The notes: generated by a model not told the origin, from the sequence alone. DNA of 64,000 nt from Opitutaceae bacterium (GCA_051252375.1 JBPOFY010000002.1:352001-416000); one strand, 5' to 3'; counted from the stretch's first letter, positions 19,213-29,356 are shown. Numbers and translations: made by a program.

Positions 19213-20157
19213 ATGATTACTACACCACACTATCAAAAAGCTATCCGACTATTTTGCATATTTAGTCTCTGCCTGACTGTGCCATTAATGTTACCATCAT
19301 TGGAGGCAAAAAATGATAAAACGCCTCCAGGCCAAGATAAGAAGGACGACACTGACACCGGAACCGACACCGGAACCGACACTGGAACTGACACCGGAAC
19401 CGATACTGGGACCGACACTGGAACAGATACTGGGACCGATACTGGGACCGATACTGGAACAGATACTGGGACCGATACTAGCGAAGAAAAAAGTAATGGT
19501 AACAGCGGCAACAACGGTAACAGCGGCAACAGCGGCAACAGCGGCAACACACTTGGCAACGCAAGTGGATTAACCACCAAATACTATGTCAGTGGTGACT
19601 GGAGCATTAGCAAAGACACCGAGATAGTCGGCCCCGTCATTATCGTTGTCGATGGCGACTGGAACATTGGAAACAATACAGTCACGATAGCTTCAGGCGG
19701 CAGTCTAAAGGCTTACGTCGGTGGCGATATTGCCGTCAAGGGCAATGGCGGCGTCAACAACACCCAAAAGCCCGCAAAGCTAGTTGTGCTCGGCACACAC
19801 CCTTACATTGAAGACGAAACCGCTTCCCCCGCTTACTCATGGACACTGAGTGGCAATGGTTATCTTAGCGGTGTAGTGTATGCACCCAGCGCAGAATATC
19901 GGACAAACGGTGGTGGTAATGCCGGAGCAACACTCGGTTCTGTGGTAGCAATGGATATTCGCTTTAATGGTTCTCCCGGACCTTTCCATTTCGATGAATC
20001 GCTTGCAGACTTAGACCTTGGTTTCGGAAGTTATTCACTCTCCTCTTATGACCTATTGAGAACTGGGCAAGCCATACCTTCGGATGAAATGAAAGCTATC
20101 GTCGGATCTAAGGATTACGATGCACTCTTCTCTTCTCTGTTCGACAAAGAGCGCTAA
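19213..20157 (+). CDS. secreted protein carrying the PilX-associated C-terminal beta-rich domain, with DTGT/NSG repeats
   Basis: Sec-type signal, PPGQDKK, (DTGT)x10; GPVIIVVDGD...GSLKAYVGG...SGNG...GVVYAP.A...GSVVA...FHFDESL. Confidence 0.75.
   Translation: MITTPHYQKAIRLFCIFSLCLTVPLMLPSLEAKNDKTPPGQDKKDDTDTGTDTGTDTGTDTGTDTGTDTGTDTGTDTGTDTGTDTGTDTSEEKSNGNSGNNGNSGNSGNSGNTLGNASGLTTKYYVSGDWSISKDTEIVGPVIIVVDGDWNIGNNTVTIASGGSLKAYVGGDIAVKGNGGVNNTQKPAKLVVLGTHPYIEDETASPAYSWTLSGNGYLSGVVYAPSAEYRTNGGGNAGATLGSVVAMDIRFNGSPGPFHFDESLADLDLGFGSYSLSSYDLLRTGQAIPSDEMKAIVGSKDYDALFSSLFDKER
19354..19479 (+). repeat. 12-bp coding tandem repeat, (DTGT)x10 + DT
   Basis: GAY-ACY-GGR-ACN units with synonymous variation. 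Confidence 0.95.
19501..19548 (+). repeat. 9-bp coding tandem repeat AACAGCGGC (NSG), about 5 units
   Basis: Direct reading of sequence. Confidence 0.9.
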
Positions 20158-20172
20158 AGGGATCACACTCGT

Positions 20173-20781
20173 GTGATCTTTTCCTTAAATCACAGTCACT
20201 TTTCAAAGTTCCGCAAACTCACAAGGTGGAGTCTTGGGGCATCAGCAATTGTCGCAATATCAGCAGTTTCGCTGCTTGCAGAAAGTCGCACGTGGACTTC
20301 GACATCAGGCTCCAAGATTCAGGCGGACTATCTTGGAACATTCGATGAAGTCGCTTGGTTTCAATCTAGCGAACGTCTGCTCAAGATGCCTTCCAAGTAT
20401 ATCTCGGAAACGGACTTAGGGCTAATCGAAGACGGCTCGATCCAACCGACTATCCCTGCGGGACAGGTCGATGACACTCCTGAATCAATCGCCCTACTCG
20501 ATCAGCTTTGGACGACTGAAGCGCCGCTACTAGAACTCGACGATCAAGGCATGACACTGAGCGAGTGTTTCGACCTATGGCTGGCGCCGCTTCAAAACGA
20601 CGACCCCGAGGTCGCGCCCTTAGCTGTCAAATTCACTCGCCGCAGTGACTCAAAAAAGACGATCATCACACCGCTTAAGCCCGACAGTCTTTATGATGTG
20701 ATCACCGCCGCACTTGAATCTCAGGAAAGAACTTTTCAGTTAAGAGAAGGCAGCGTTGTCGTCTTACGCCAAAAGAAGTAA
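20173..20781 (+). CDS. secreted SHD1-domain protein
   Basis: Signal peptide then ESRTWTSTSGSKIQADY...ISETD, matching the SHD1 pattern. Confidence 0.7.
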   Translation: MIFSLNHSHFSKFRKLTRWSLGASAIVAISAVSLLAESRTWTSTSGSKIQADYLGTFDEVAWFQSSERLLKMPSKYISETDLGLIEDGSIQPTIPAGQVDDTPESIALLDQLWTTEAPLLELDDQGMTLSECFDLWLAPLQNDDPEVAPLAVKFTRRSDSKKTIITPLKPDSLYDVITAALESQERTFQLREGSVVVLRQKK

Positions 20782-20787
20782 GACCCA

Positions 20788-23130
20788 TTATTCTTCGCTC
20801 ATATTCAGGCGAACAAAGCGCTTGGCGCCACTGGCATCGATATCTACATCCTGCTGTTCTCCGACCTCAACCAAGTCAACGGGTGCGGTATCAGAGTCCC
20901 ACACACCACTGCCAGTCCAGTCACCTAATACTGGGATCGACTCAACAACATAGCGGACGGTTGGCTGCGCGCGTGTAAAACTAAAGGTGTAAGTCTGCGT
21001 GCCTGCGTGAAGCACGCCACTGGGCAACGACCCACTGGTTGCATCGTCAGGATTCGACCCCAGCGCATATTCCACAAAGTTGATGATACCATCACCGTCA
21101 GGATCATCGCCTTGCCCGTCGTCCACGATACTGGGATAATTAAATGCAAACCAACTTGCAAAATCCGTAACCTCATCACCCGGCAAACCCTCTCTAACCA
21201 CGATCGTATCAATCGAGATATCACTTTGAAAACTCGATCCGGTTTCACCACGGAAACGTAGGCGGACTACTTGGCCGGCATAATCCTCTAAGCTCACAGA
21301 GGCTGGCAACCAGTTGACACCTTGACTGCCGGAGAGCGTGAAATGTTGCGTCCAAGTCTGACCGGCATCAGCCGATACTTCAAAATGAAGCGTGCCCATA
21401 TTACCGGTATCTCCGTCCCACATGTGGTAGTAAAATGAGATCATCGGGGTCGCCAAATTCGAAAAGTCAAAGTCCGCCTCAATGATCGCGGTTTCGTTAT
21501 AGTTATAACTCGCCTCAGTGAAGCCATATCGGCTCCCACTGTGGGCAGCAGTCGGACCAGTATTCGAACTGGGTGTGCTGCCAGTTTCATCCAAGGTCCA
21601 ATCGATGCTATCGCTCTCCGACTGCATCCAATTGATTTCGCCACTTTCAAAGCCATAATCGTATGGAAAAGTCTGAAACGGGTATTCCAGCGGATCACGA
21701 AACGCCGCATAAAATGTGCGACCATCACGAATGACTAGCGCGGCATTCGCATTCGTTGCGTCGCCCGTAGGATTTCCACTGTAAAGGATATCCGGATTGG
21801 AGAAATGCCCCACACGATTGTATTCATCACCACCACTACCGTTGAAATTCTCATAGGTCATGACGGAACAATACCCAACACTCGCGGAACTGCTCGCATC
21901 GCTCCATTGCCAACCTGCAGCGTAATACGCAATACCACTACTATAGGCTTGTTGCGATTGCGTGCGTGAATGCCCTAAGCCCATGTTATGACCGATCTCA
22001 TGAATGGTCGTGTAGCTCGTAGTATCGCTCTGCTGCACACGAACCAAACAAAACGCCAGATCCGGACGCTCATAACTGGTCGGTCGATAACCCAATCCGC
22101 CAACACTTTGAGTATCGATAAACAAGACCACAAAATCCGCACCGTAGAGATCGCGAAGTGTATGCACATTCCCCATATAAGCATCATCCACTCCTTTGAA
22201 ACGACTCAGGTCTGTATTTGCACTGGAAGACTGGGTATAATTGACCTCTGCACTATGCACTAAGTCTAGCTGCATTTGTGTGTCACTATTGGACAACACA
22301 GCATTCGCCAACAACAGAGACTGCGAAATATTCAGCTCCATATTTGCCACACTCCCTTCAATCGCAAGTGCGGCTGAGGTATAAACGATCATCACGCCTG
22401 AAGTTGTCTCTGTGCTCTCATCGCCTTCAACCTGTGGAGCCGGAGTCGTCGTATTCTCAACCTCTGCCGATAGTGGCGCGGCCTCTAAATGCCCATGCTC
22501 ATCGTTCGCGCAGCCATACACCTCACTGCCGGCATCATCTATTTCCAGCAGTAAATGCACACCTCGTTCGACATCGTAGCGAATCTGAAAGTCGCTATGA
22601 TTCTTCGCGTCACTCAACCAAGCTCGAATAATACCGCCCGTCGATGATAGCGCGATAAAACCATGCGGATCATCCTCTAACTGAGCCCTGATCGCGAGTG
22701 TGCCATCCGCACGGCCCCAGAGCTGTGATGTTTGCACACGTGCCCGGTAGGTTTCTCCAAAAATATCGACCGTCAGCAAATCGCCAACTTCCAGGGTGTC
22801 GATTGCCACGTTGAAAAGCACCTCATTGACCTCTACTTCAATCGCACGATGCGCCGCAGGGTTGAGGCGATCCCAATCGACTGGCGCCCCCGCTGATAGC
22901 AATATCGGCAAAGTCTCACCACGGTCAGCTGGGATCAACAAAGGCGCCGTTATTGCAACGCGATCAGTTTGATCCAGCGAGGTAGCTGGAAGCATGACCG
23001 CCGAGGTCATTTCATTTTCAACAAGCGATGCAGTCACAGCCAATTCCACTTTCTCAATCGGAAGCGCCCACCAAGCAACCAGCGTCAGTAAGGCACAAAA
23101 AAGTAATAGTGACCGTCTCGATGGTAGCAT
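20788..23130 (-). CDS. secreted M12/reprolysin-like zinc metallopeptidase with MAM domain and C-terminal domain
   Basis: HEIGHNMGLGH, SVMTY Met-turn, FSNP; MAM pattern TPSSNTGP...FYYHMWD...DISID; DDPDGDGIINFVEYALGSNP. Confidence 0.88.
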   Translation of the reverse strand: MLPSRRSLLLFCALLTLVAWWALPIEKVELAVTASLVENEMTSAVMLPATSLDQTDRVAITAPLLIPADRGETLPILLSAGAPVDWDRLNPAAHRAIEVEVNEVLFNVAIDTLEVGDLLTVDIFGETYRARVQTSQLWGRADGTLAIRAQLEDDPHGFIALSSTGGIIRAWLSDAKNHSDFQIRYDVERGVHLLLEIDDAGSEVYGCANDEHGHLEAAPLSAEVENTTTPAPQVEGDESTETTSGVMIVYTSAALAIEGSVANMELNISQSLLLANAVLSNSDTQMQLDLVHSAEVNYTQSSSANTDLSRFKGVDDAYMGNVHTLRDLYGADFVVLFIDTQSVGGLGYRPTSYERPDLAFCLVRVQQSDTTSYTTIHEIGHNMGLGHSRTQSQQAYSSGIAYYAAGWQWSDASSSASVGYCSVMTYENFNGSGGDEYNRVGHFSNPDILYSGNPTGDATNANAALVIRDGRTFYAAFRDPLEYPFQTFPYDYGFESGEINWMQSESDSIDWTLDETGSTPSSNTGPTAAHSGSRYGFTEASYNYNETAIIEADFDFSNLATPMISFYYHMWDGDTGNMGTLHFEVSADAGQTWTQHFTLSGSQGVNWLPASVSLEDYAGQVVRLRFRGETGSSFQSDISIDTIVVREGLPGDEVTDFASWFAFNYPSIVDDGQGDDPDGDGIINFVEYALGSNPDDATSGSLPSGVLHAGTQTYTFSFTRAQPTVRYVVESIPVLGDWTGSGVWDSDTAPVDLVEVGEQQDVDIDASGAKRFVRLNMSEE

Positions 23131-23280
23131 AGATAATACCTTGGATTAATTCAGCGTAACTGACAAACCATGATTAACGTCCTATCCCGTGTAATTGCAG
23201 CCAGAGTATAAACAATCATCACGCCAGAATTGTCTCGTTGAGTTCATCGCCATCGACCAGTGGCTCCGGAGCATACTTCA

Positions 23281-24561
23281 TTAAGTTTCAACCGCGACTG
23301 CCTCGGACTGCTCATGCCTCTTCCCTAAGTAGACTCCTACAAATCCCCAAAGAATCGCAACCACAGCTCCCACACATAAAATTGCAGAAGCCCCGAGGTT
23401 GAGTACGCCATCCCCGAGAAACGCAATTATCCAAATCCAAAATACGTCGCCGCCACGATATACCGCTACGTCGATGATAGGTTTTGTTTTGAAGCGTGCC
23501 TCACGATCCACGGCGGTATAGAGAATCTCACGGCCAGGACGGGTGATGGCATAGTTACCAGCTCGACGAGTCACTTGAAGAGCTAAAACCAATAATATTG
23601 CGGGGTTAGCACTCAGTAGTAGCAATAATAAGCCAACAATAAAGGGAACCATGGACAGAGTAGTCGGCATGCCAAATCTCCGTGCGATTCGATTGGTGGC
23701 GAATACACCCAACACGATCGTCAAGATGTTCGTGGCTAGTTCAACACTTCCAAGCAACTGCTTCCGCTCAATGCTAGTATAATCAATAAGCAGTGTCTTC
23801 TGGGTTGAGTAGAGGAATGCGCTCACTCCGGTAAATAGAAAGATGAAAACAGCAATTCCAATCAAACGCTTGTGAGTCAATAACTCCATGAAACCCGAAA
23901 ACGGATTGGGGCTGAGTTTCATATTGGTTTGCTCCTGGTTCTCCTTCTGATCGAAATAACGATTGAGAAATGCGATCAAGGGAAGCGTGAACATTAGCAC
24001 TGCGCTAGTGACCAAAAGAATGTTTTCGACGCTCATGCTCTTCGCGAGCCATAGAATCAATAAAGGACCCGCAATGGCTCCAGCACTGGCACCCGTATTA
24101 ATGAATCCGAAAATCCGTTTACTTTCCCCTTTGGTATAGTGCTGTGAGATAAAACTCCAGAAAACCGAGATATGAAACAGACTGAAGACACTACTCCAAA
24201 CATAGAAGATCTTACCCAATACGGTAACTTCTACGTCTGCTCGATAGGCTAAGAAGATTCCAAGAAAGCTTATGGCGAAAAATACAAATACCCCAGGAAC
24301 GAGACGACGCAGAGAGACCTTTGAAGCAAAGACATTGTAGATGGATACCGCTATCGTCGAAACGATGAAGGTATAAGTCCACTGCTGGGCAAGACTAACA
24401 TCCCCCCAGTCACTAGGAAGCGCATCACGAACCGGCTTCATTATCATGTAAGAAGCCATCAGGAGAAAGATGAAGACAAACGATACCAGCGCCCCCTTGA
24501 TTTCAGAGGGTTCAACTTGTGTTAGTCGGGTGAAGAAATTGGGCTGTTTATTTGAAGTCAT
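23281..24561 (-). CDS. MFS transporter, TLC/NTP-NDP exchange-like
   Basis: MKPVRDA, FYVW.SVF, SVFWSF, KRIFGFI, RPGREILYT, KTKPIIDVAVYRGGD; about 12 TM helices. Confidence 0.85.
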   Translation of the reverse strand: MTSNKQPNFFTRLTQVEPSEIKGALVSFVFIFLLMASYMIMKPVRDALPSDWGDVSLAQQWTYTFIVSTIAVSIYNVFASKVSLRRLVPGVFVFFAISFLGIFLAYRADVEVTVLGKIFYVWSSVFSLFHISVFWSFISQHYTKGESKRIFGFINTGASAGAIAGPLLILWLAKSMSVENILLVTSAVLMFTLPLIAFLNRYFDQKENQEQTNMKLSPNPFSGFMELLTHKRLIGIAVFIFLFTGVSAFLYSTQKTLLIDYTSIERKQLLGSVELATNILTIVLGVFATNRIARRFGMPTTLSMVPFIVGLLLLLLSANPAILLVLALQVTRRAGNYAITRPGREILYTAVDREARFKTKPIIDVAVYRGGDVFWIWIIAFLGDGVLNLGASAILCVGAVVAILWGFVGVYLGKRHEQSEAVAVET

Positions 24562-24628
24562 AAAAAGAGATTACTCAGTATCGAGTAATCAGCATCGATA
24601 AGATGAGGCTAGTATGGACAGGCAGTAG

Positions 24629-25411
24629 TTACCAAGGAAGCTCACTGCCATCGAAATACCAGAACCTACCCGATTGATTAGGCTTTAAGCCATCAATTAG
24701 CGGGATAATTTCCCCGATACTCTCTTCCGGTTCCATTTTAGCACGGTCTGTCCCCATGTCTGTCTTATTGTGCCCAGGTGCCAGCGCTATCACGATGAAC
24801 CCCTGCTTCTTCAAATTCGTATGCATGCACTTCGTCGCCATATTCAAGGCGGTTTTACTCACGCTGTATCCCCATGCAGACTTATCTCTCTGACTCAGGA
24901 TACTCGAACGTGTTGAAATATTGATAATTTTAGGCGACTTAGAAAGCTTGAGATTCGGTAGCAATCCCTGGGTAACAAAGATGGGGCCGAGTGTATTGAC
25001 ATTAATGCAATCCGTCATTTCCTCGCGGGTCAAATTCTTGATTGTGGGCCTCCCCTTTTCACCTATTCCGACAGGGCCAAAGTAGCCAGCATTATTGATC
25101 AATATATCAATTTTCCTTCCTTTGAGTGCCTCAGCAAGTGCCGCGATGTCTTCCTCGCTGGTGACATCCAGCTTGACCACCTCTGCACCGATGGCCTTCA
25201 GCTCGGTAGCTCTCTCTGGACTACGTGCTGACCCAATAACATGATAACCCGCAGCGGCATACTGTGTGGCAAATTCCAAGCCCAAGCCTCGGTTCGCACC
25301 TGTGATAAAGATCGTTTTGGCTTCTTCTTGTTTTTCGGCATCAGCATGAACTGACAATGAAAAAATAGAGCTTAAAATAGCAAAAATTAGGGTAAATCGT
25401 ATTGTATTCAT
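24629..25411 (-). CDS. short-chain dehydrogenase (CsgA/C-factor-like) with signal peptide
   Basis: ITGANRGLG, INNAG, YSVSK catalytic motif, PG..KTDMG; start at 25411 chosen. Confidence 0.88.
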   Translation of the reverse strand: MNTIRFTLIFAILSSIFSLSVHADAEKQEEAKTIFITGANRGLGLEFATQYAAAGYHVIGSARSPERATELKAIGAEVVKLDVTSEEDIAALAEALKGRKIDILINNAGYFGPVGIGEKGRPTIKNLTREEMTDCINVNTLGPIFVTQGLLPNLKLSKSPKIINISTRSSILSQRDKSAWGYSVSKTALNMATKCMHTNLKKQGFIVIALAPGHNKTDMGTDRAKMEPEESIGEIIPLIDGLKPNQSGRFWYFDGSELPW

Positions 25412-25826
25412 TAATGGTAGTTTGGTTAAAAGTTTTTTTGACAGCACCATAGTATGATTAAGCGCAGAAGATGTCTATGGCGCGTTTAAGTGATAGCGCA
25501 TTTTACACTTACTTAAACTCAATAATGCAAACGAGTTGTTTAACAAGAGTTCTTTCAGACTAAGGGATTGTTAATCCGCCACATCTCAGATGCCTAGCAT
25601 TGAAGATGAGGTCACCTTTATGGTATTCTAAAAGCTCTTAAGCAACATACGCCGCCGACCGCCCTCGCAGTCACCGATACAGATTCGCTCCCTTGTCGCG
25701 CCAGTGGCAAAGCACACATCTCATCCTATTATGCAACATCAGAGAGCAAGGGACTGACGACGTGTAGGGTGCTTGCGACATGACTGAATTTTCCAATCAG
25801 ATATGGCCTATAATGAAAGGCTGAAT

Positions 25827-26453
25827 TCAGTCTGACTTTTCAATTTCATACCATGCCTCGACCATCGCTTTCACTGCTTCGGCGGATTCGGCTTCTTTAA
25901 AGGTCATTGAAGCTGAATTGATACAATAGCGTAGTCCGGTCGGCTTTGGTCCATCACTGAAAACATGCCCTTGGTGCGATCCACAAACGTTACAATGCAC
26001 CTCATCGCGAATCATGCCATAACTGGTGTCGCGAGTCACCCCGACGATGCGCTCATCGAGGGGTTGCGTAAAGCTCGGCCAGCCAGTGCCTGAATTAAAT
26101 TTATCCGTGCTACTGAACAATGGTGTGTCACAACCCACACAACTGTAGAGACCGGTCTTCTTGTTATCATGATACGGATTGCCGAATGCGCGCTCTGTGC
26201 CCTGCTTGCGAGCGACTTGATATTGCAGATCGGTGAGGCGCGCTTTCCATTCCTCATCTGTGCGCTGCACTGGGTAATCATCGCCACTAAGATCGACATG
26301 CGACGGCAAGCCGCAAGCTGAGACACATTGGTTCACATCCACATCGGATGCGTCGGAAGAAGATGATTTTTCAGGCATAGCAAAAGTTAGCAGTGCACCT
26401 CCCATGAGGAGAACAAGGCAAAGCGGTAAAAATGATTTCAATAATGGTTTCAT
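25827..26453 (-). CDS. msrB: exported peptide-methionine (R)-S-oxide reductase
   Basis: GTERAF, CVGC/CNVC zinc ligands, [25 protein letters not shown]-terminal signal/TM segment. Confidence 0.95.
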   Translation of the reverse strand: MKPLLKSFLPLCLVLLMGGALLTFAMPEKSSSSDASDVDVNQCVSACGLPSHVDLSGDDYPVQRTDEEWKARLTDLQYQVARKQGTERAFGNPYHDNKKTGLYSCVGCDTPLFSSTDKFNSGTGWPSFTQPLDERIVGVTRDTSYGMIRDEVHCNVCGSHQGHVFSDGPKPTGLRYCINSASMTFKEAESAEAVKAMVEAWYEIEKSD

Positions 26454-26531
26454 GTTAAAGAGATGAAAGAGACGGTAAACTTATTCCCCACCTGTGCAAC
26501 CTTAGGACACAATTTCTGGGGCTCAATCTAC

Positions 26532-26870
26532 CTAAAACAGACGATCCAAGGCATCAGGATGCCGAACCTCTGTCAGAGTGCCTTTAAATCGCTCGTCGAG
26601 CACATCGAGTATCTCCTGCCCGATCTTCGCCGTAGCCTCTTCCAGCGGGATCAATGGCCCCTTTTTCGCATCCAGCACCTTGGCAACTACCGCTTTAGAG
26701 ACCTCTTCGACTGCCATTGCGTCAGGATCGTCATCAATGGTAGCAAATGCCTCGAGGTCGATATCATCGTCCTCAGGCTGCGGAGATTCGTCGCCGTTCG
26801 AGTTTCCAGTCTCAACCGCCGGCTCCAACGCAGGCACGCCTCCATCAGGATTCGGGACGACTAGGGCTTT
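26532..26870 (-). CDS. putative -1-frame C-terminal extension of DnaX (tau-like acidic domain)
   Basis: The frame of ORF 26532..26837 stays open upstream through the A10 run and is the -1 frame relative to dnaX. Confidence 0.7.
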   Translation of the reverse strand, partial: KALVVPNPDGGVPALEPAVETGNSNGDESPQPEDDDIDLEAFATIDDDPDAMAVEEVSKAVVAKVLDAKKGPLIPLEEATAKIGQEILDVLDERFKGTLTEVRHPDALDRLF

Positions 26871-28003
26871 TTTTTTTCGGGTTCTACGCCACTGGCCGCG
26901 GCAACTTGCTTGATCAAGCTATCGATCGCCCGCGAACGAGACTCTTCCGCCGCTTTTAGTAGAACCACTTCAAAATTCACCTTCTCGGACAAACCACGTT
27001 GCACCGAAGCTTCGCCACGATGCAAAGCATCAAGCATGCGCATAACCGATTCCGTTGTCAGTGACACACCGAGCTGATCAGTCGCGCCCTTATTATGGAT
27101 CGCATCCAATAAGGCTTCGCGAGTGTGCGCTTCGAGATCGAGCAGGATGCGATACAAGTCGCGCCCTTCATTGGCAAAGGCATCCACCGCCGCGATAATC
27201 GCAGGATAGTCGAGCGAACCAATCGCACTGGCCAGCGAAGCAATCCGCTCAGCCGAAACTAGACCATAGACATCCAGCACATCGCTCTCAGCAATCTTGC
27301 TACCACAAAAGGAGATCATCTGATCGAGAATCGACTGTGCATCGCGCATACCGCCATTGGCGAGGCGTGCAATTGAAGTGAGCGCAGCAGGCTCCACATC
27401 GATCCCCTCGGCCTTGGAGATTTCAGTCAGTTTATCAGCAATCACCTGATCGGAGATCGGACGAAACTCGAAACGCTGGCAACGCGACACGATCGTCGGC
27501 AACACCTTGTGCGCTTCCGTCGTAGCAAAGAAAAATTTAACGTGCTCCGGTGGTTCTTCCAGAGTCTTGAGCAGCGCATTAAAGGCCGCCGTAGAGAGCA
27601 TGTGCACCTCGTCGATAATATAGATTTTAAAGGTGCACTGCGTCGGCGCGTATTGGCAGTCGTCACGTAAGTCACGCACCTGGTCGACACTGTTGTTCGA
27701 GGCACCGTCGATCTCGATCACGTCCATGCAGGAGCCGTTCATAATGGCTTGGCTGATCTCGGACTCATTATCAGGAGTCGCGCACGGTCCACCCTCAGCA
27801 TTGAGCGCCTTAGCGAAGAGACGCGCCGTGCTCGTTTTACCCGTTCCGCGTGGTCCGACAAAGAGATAAGCATGCGCTATCCGGTTGGTATCGATCGCGT
27901 TACGTAATGTCTGCACGATATGATCCTGCCCCACCAGTTCACTAAACTGCTTTGGGCGCCAACGGCGTGCGATCACTTGATATCCTTTTTCCATCGAGGT
28001 CAT
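26861..28003 (-). CDS. dnaX: DNA polymerase III subunit gamma/tau (frame-0 product, about 380 aa)
   Basis: [58 protein letters not shown]. Confidence 0.97.
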   Translation of the reverse strand: MTSMEKGYQVIARRWRPKQFSELVGQDHIVQTLRNAIDTNRIAHAYLFVGPRGTGKTSTARLFAKALNAEGGPCATPDNESEISQAIMNGSCMDVIEIDGASNNSVDQVRDLRDDCQYAPTQCTFKIYIIDEVHMLSTAAFNALLKTLEEPPEHVKFFFATTEAHKVLPTIVSRCQRFEFRPISDQVIADKLTEISKAEGIDVEPAALTSIARLANGGMRDAQSILDQMISFCGSKIAESDVLDVYGLVSAERIASLASAIGSLDYPAIIAAVDAFANEGRDLYRILLDLEAHTREALLDAIHNKGATDQLGVSLTTESVMRMLDALHRGEASVQRGLSEKVNFEVVLLKAAEESRSRAIDSLIKQVAAASGVEPEKKKP

Positions 28004-28091
28004 AAGAAAAGCTCTGATTCGCCCTCAGTGGCAAGGGACTTTTTCGGCTATTTTCAAGATCTACCAATGGATCCATATATCCGGACACAAA

Positions 28092-28192
28092 AGTGGCCAG
28101 GCACCCTACGGCACATGAGGATTAGGCGATCGCTGCTCCCTTCCGGGCCTGACGAGGTTAACCTGTCCGTCATTGCATAGGACCCGGCCACC
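28092..28192 (-). ncRNA. ffs: signal recognition particle (4.5S) RNA
   Basis: Minus strand has TCAGGCCCGGAAGGGAGCAGC (conserved SRP domain IV) within a long hairpin GTGGCC...GGCCAC; lies upstream of dnaX. Confidence 0.92.
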
Positions 28193-28294
28193 TTTAGGAG
28201 ACACCATGTTCTACGATCCGTTCAACCCTAAAAGTAAAATATTTTCAGCATTCAAGGTTCGACCTTCCTAGATCGATGTTTGATATTTTTAACA

Positions 28295-29356
28295 ATGCAA
28301 GTCGCCGCGACCCAACACCGTAAGCAATTTTTCCCGATCAATCAGCTCTTTCGTGAGTATTTGAAGGAGTTCCACCGCGCGATGGAACTGCCCGTGACCT
28401 ACGAAGATTTGCTCAAATATGATGATTCCTTCCCATTGATCGACAAAGACGGGAAAGATACGCTCTGGCAGACATTGATTTACGAGCAACAATTCGGTCG
28501 TGATGTCTATGAAGGGCTGAAAAAGATCTACGTCATCCTTCGCTCCGGTGGCGATGAGTCGACCTTGAGCAATCTCTATATCGACCGCGTCGATTTTTGC
28601 ACATTCGGCAACACCAAGCCGATGCGTGTGCGGGTGGTAAATCAATACAACGACAACCACGATTACTTCTACGTAAAAAAAGCGGATGCCTCGCGTATTT
28701 ATGGACTGGAACTGGAGGAACTACTTTCACCCAACCATATCAATTTCCTCGTGCACCAAGATACCCTGATCGAGGAGCACATCATCGGCGTGCCGGGTGA
28801 CGACTTCATCCGCGAATACCTCCCCCGCCCTGACCTGCATGAGGTGCGCTTGGCTAAGGAGTTCATCAAATTCAACGAACGCTGCTTCGTGCGTTTGCTG
28901 GGTGATATGCGGGCCTACAATTACGTCGTCGAGGTAACGCCCGACTTTGAGCAAAATCAATACCGTGTGCGCGCGATCGATTTCGACCAACAGAGCTATG
29001 AGGGCCGCCGTAGCCTCTACCTTCCGCAGTTCTTCAAGAACAACTATGCAGTGGTCAAGCTCTGCACAGATTTGATCAATGTTGAAACCAGTAAGCAGTA
29101 TCAGCACGAAGAACGCACCCTCATTAAACGGCGCCTAAAATTCGCACTGCATCGCGTCCAGCATTTGCGCACTTGCATGTGCGCAGACAAAATTTCGAGC
29201 ACCGAAAAGATGCATCAGCTCCGTAAAGAACTGGCAGAAATGCATAATGACTTCCGCTTCATGCTTTGCCAATCGATGGGTGAAATCACCTTTTTAAATA
29301 TCACAATCACGCTCCGACTGACTGGTGCCGCGGCGTATTTCCCGGAAGGTGCATAA
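28295..29356 (+). CDS. conserved hypothetical protein, possible atypical (HipA/PI3K-like) kinase fold
   Basis: Long, well-formed ORF; YVKK, GDMRAYN and AIDFD motifs; ATG at 28295 chosen. Confidence 0.6.
   Translation: MQVAATQHRKQFFPINQLFREYLKEFHRAMELPVTYEDLLKYDDSFPLIDKDGKDTLWQTLIYEQQFGRDVYEGLKKIYVILRSGGDESTLSNLYIDRVDFCTFGNTKPMRVRVVNQYNDNHDYFYVKKADASRIYGLELEELLSPNHINFLVHQDTLIEEHIIGVPGDDFIREYLPRPDLHEVRLAKEFIKFNERCFVRLLGDMRAYNYVVEVTPDFEQNQYRVRAIDFDQQSYEGRRSLYLPQFFKNNYAVVKLCTDLINVETSKQYQHEERTLIKRRLKFALHRVQHLRTCMCADKISSTEKMHQLRKELAEMHNDFRFMLCQSMGEITFLNITITLRLTGAAAYFPEGA

Noticed and set aside
19233..19580. Minus-strand ORF with VSVP/LLP repeats
   Set aside because: Antisense shadow of the DTGT/NSG coding repeats.
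25451..25826. Long intergenic region as a possible riboswitch or sRNA
   Set aside because: I could not recognise any conserved RNA motif or convincing stem pattern by eye.
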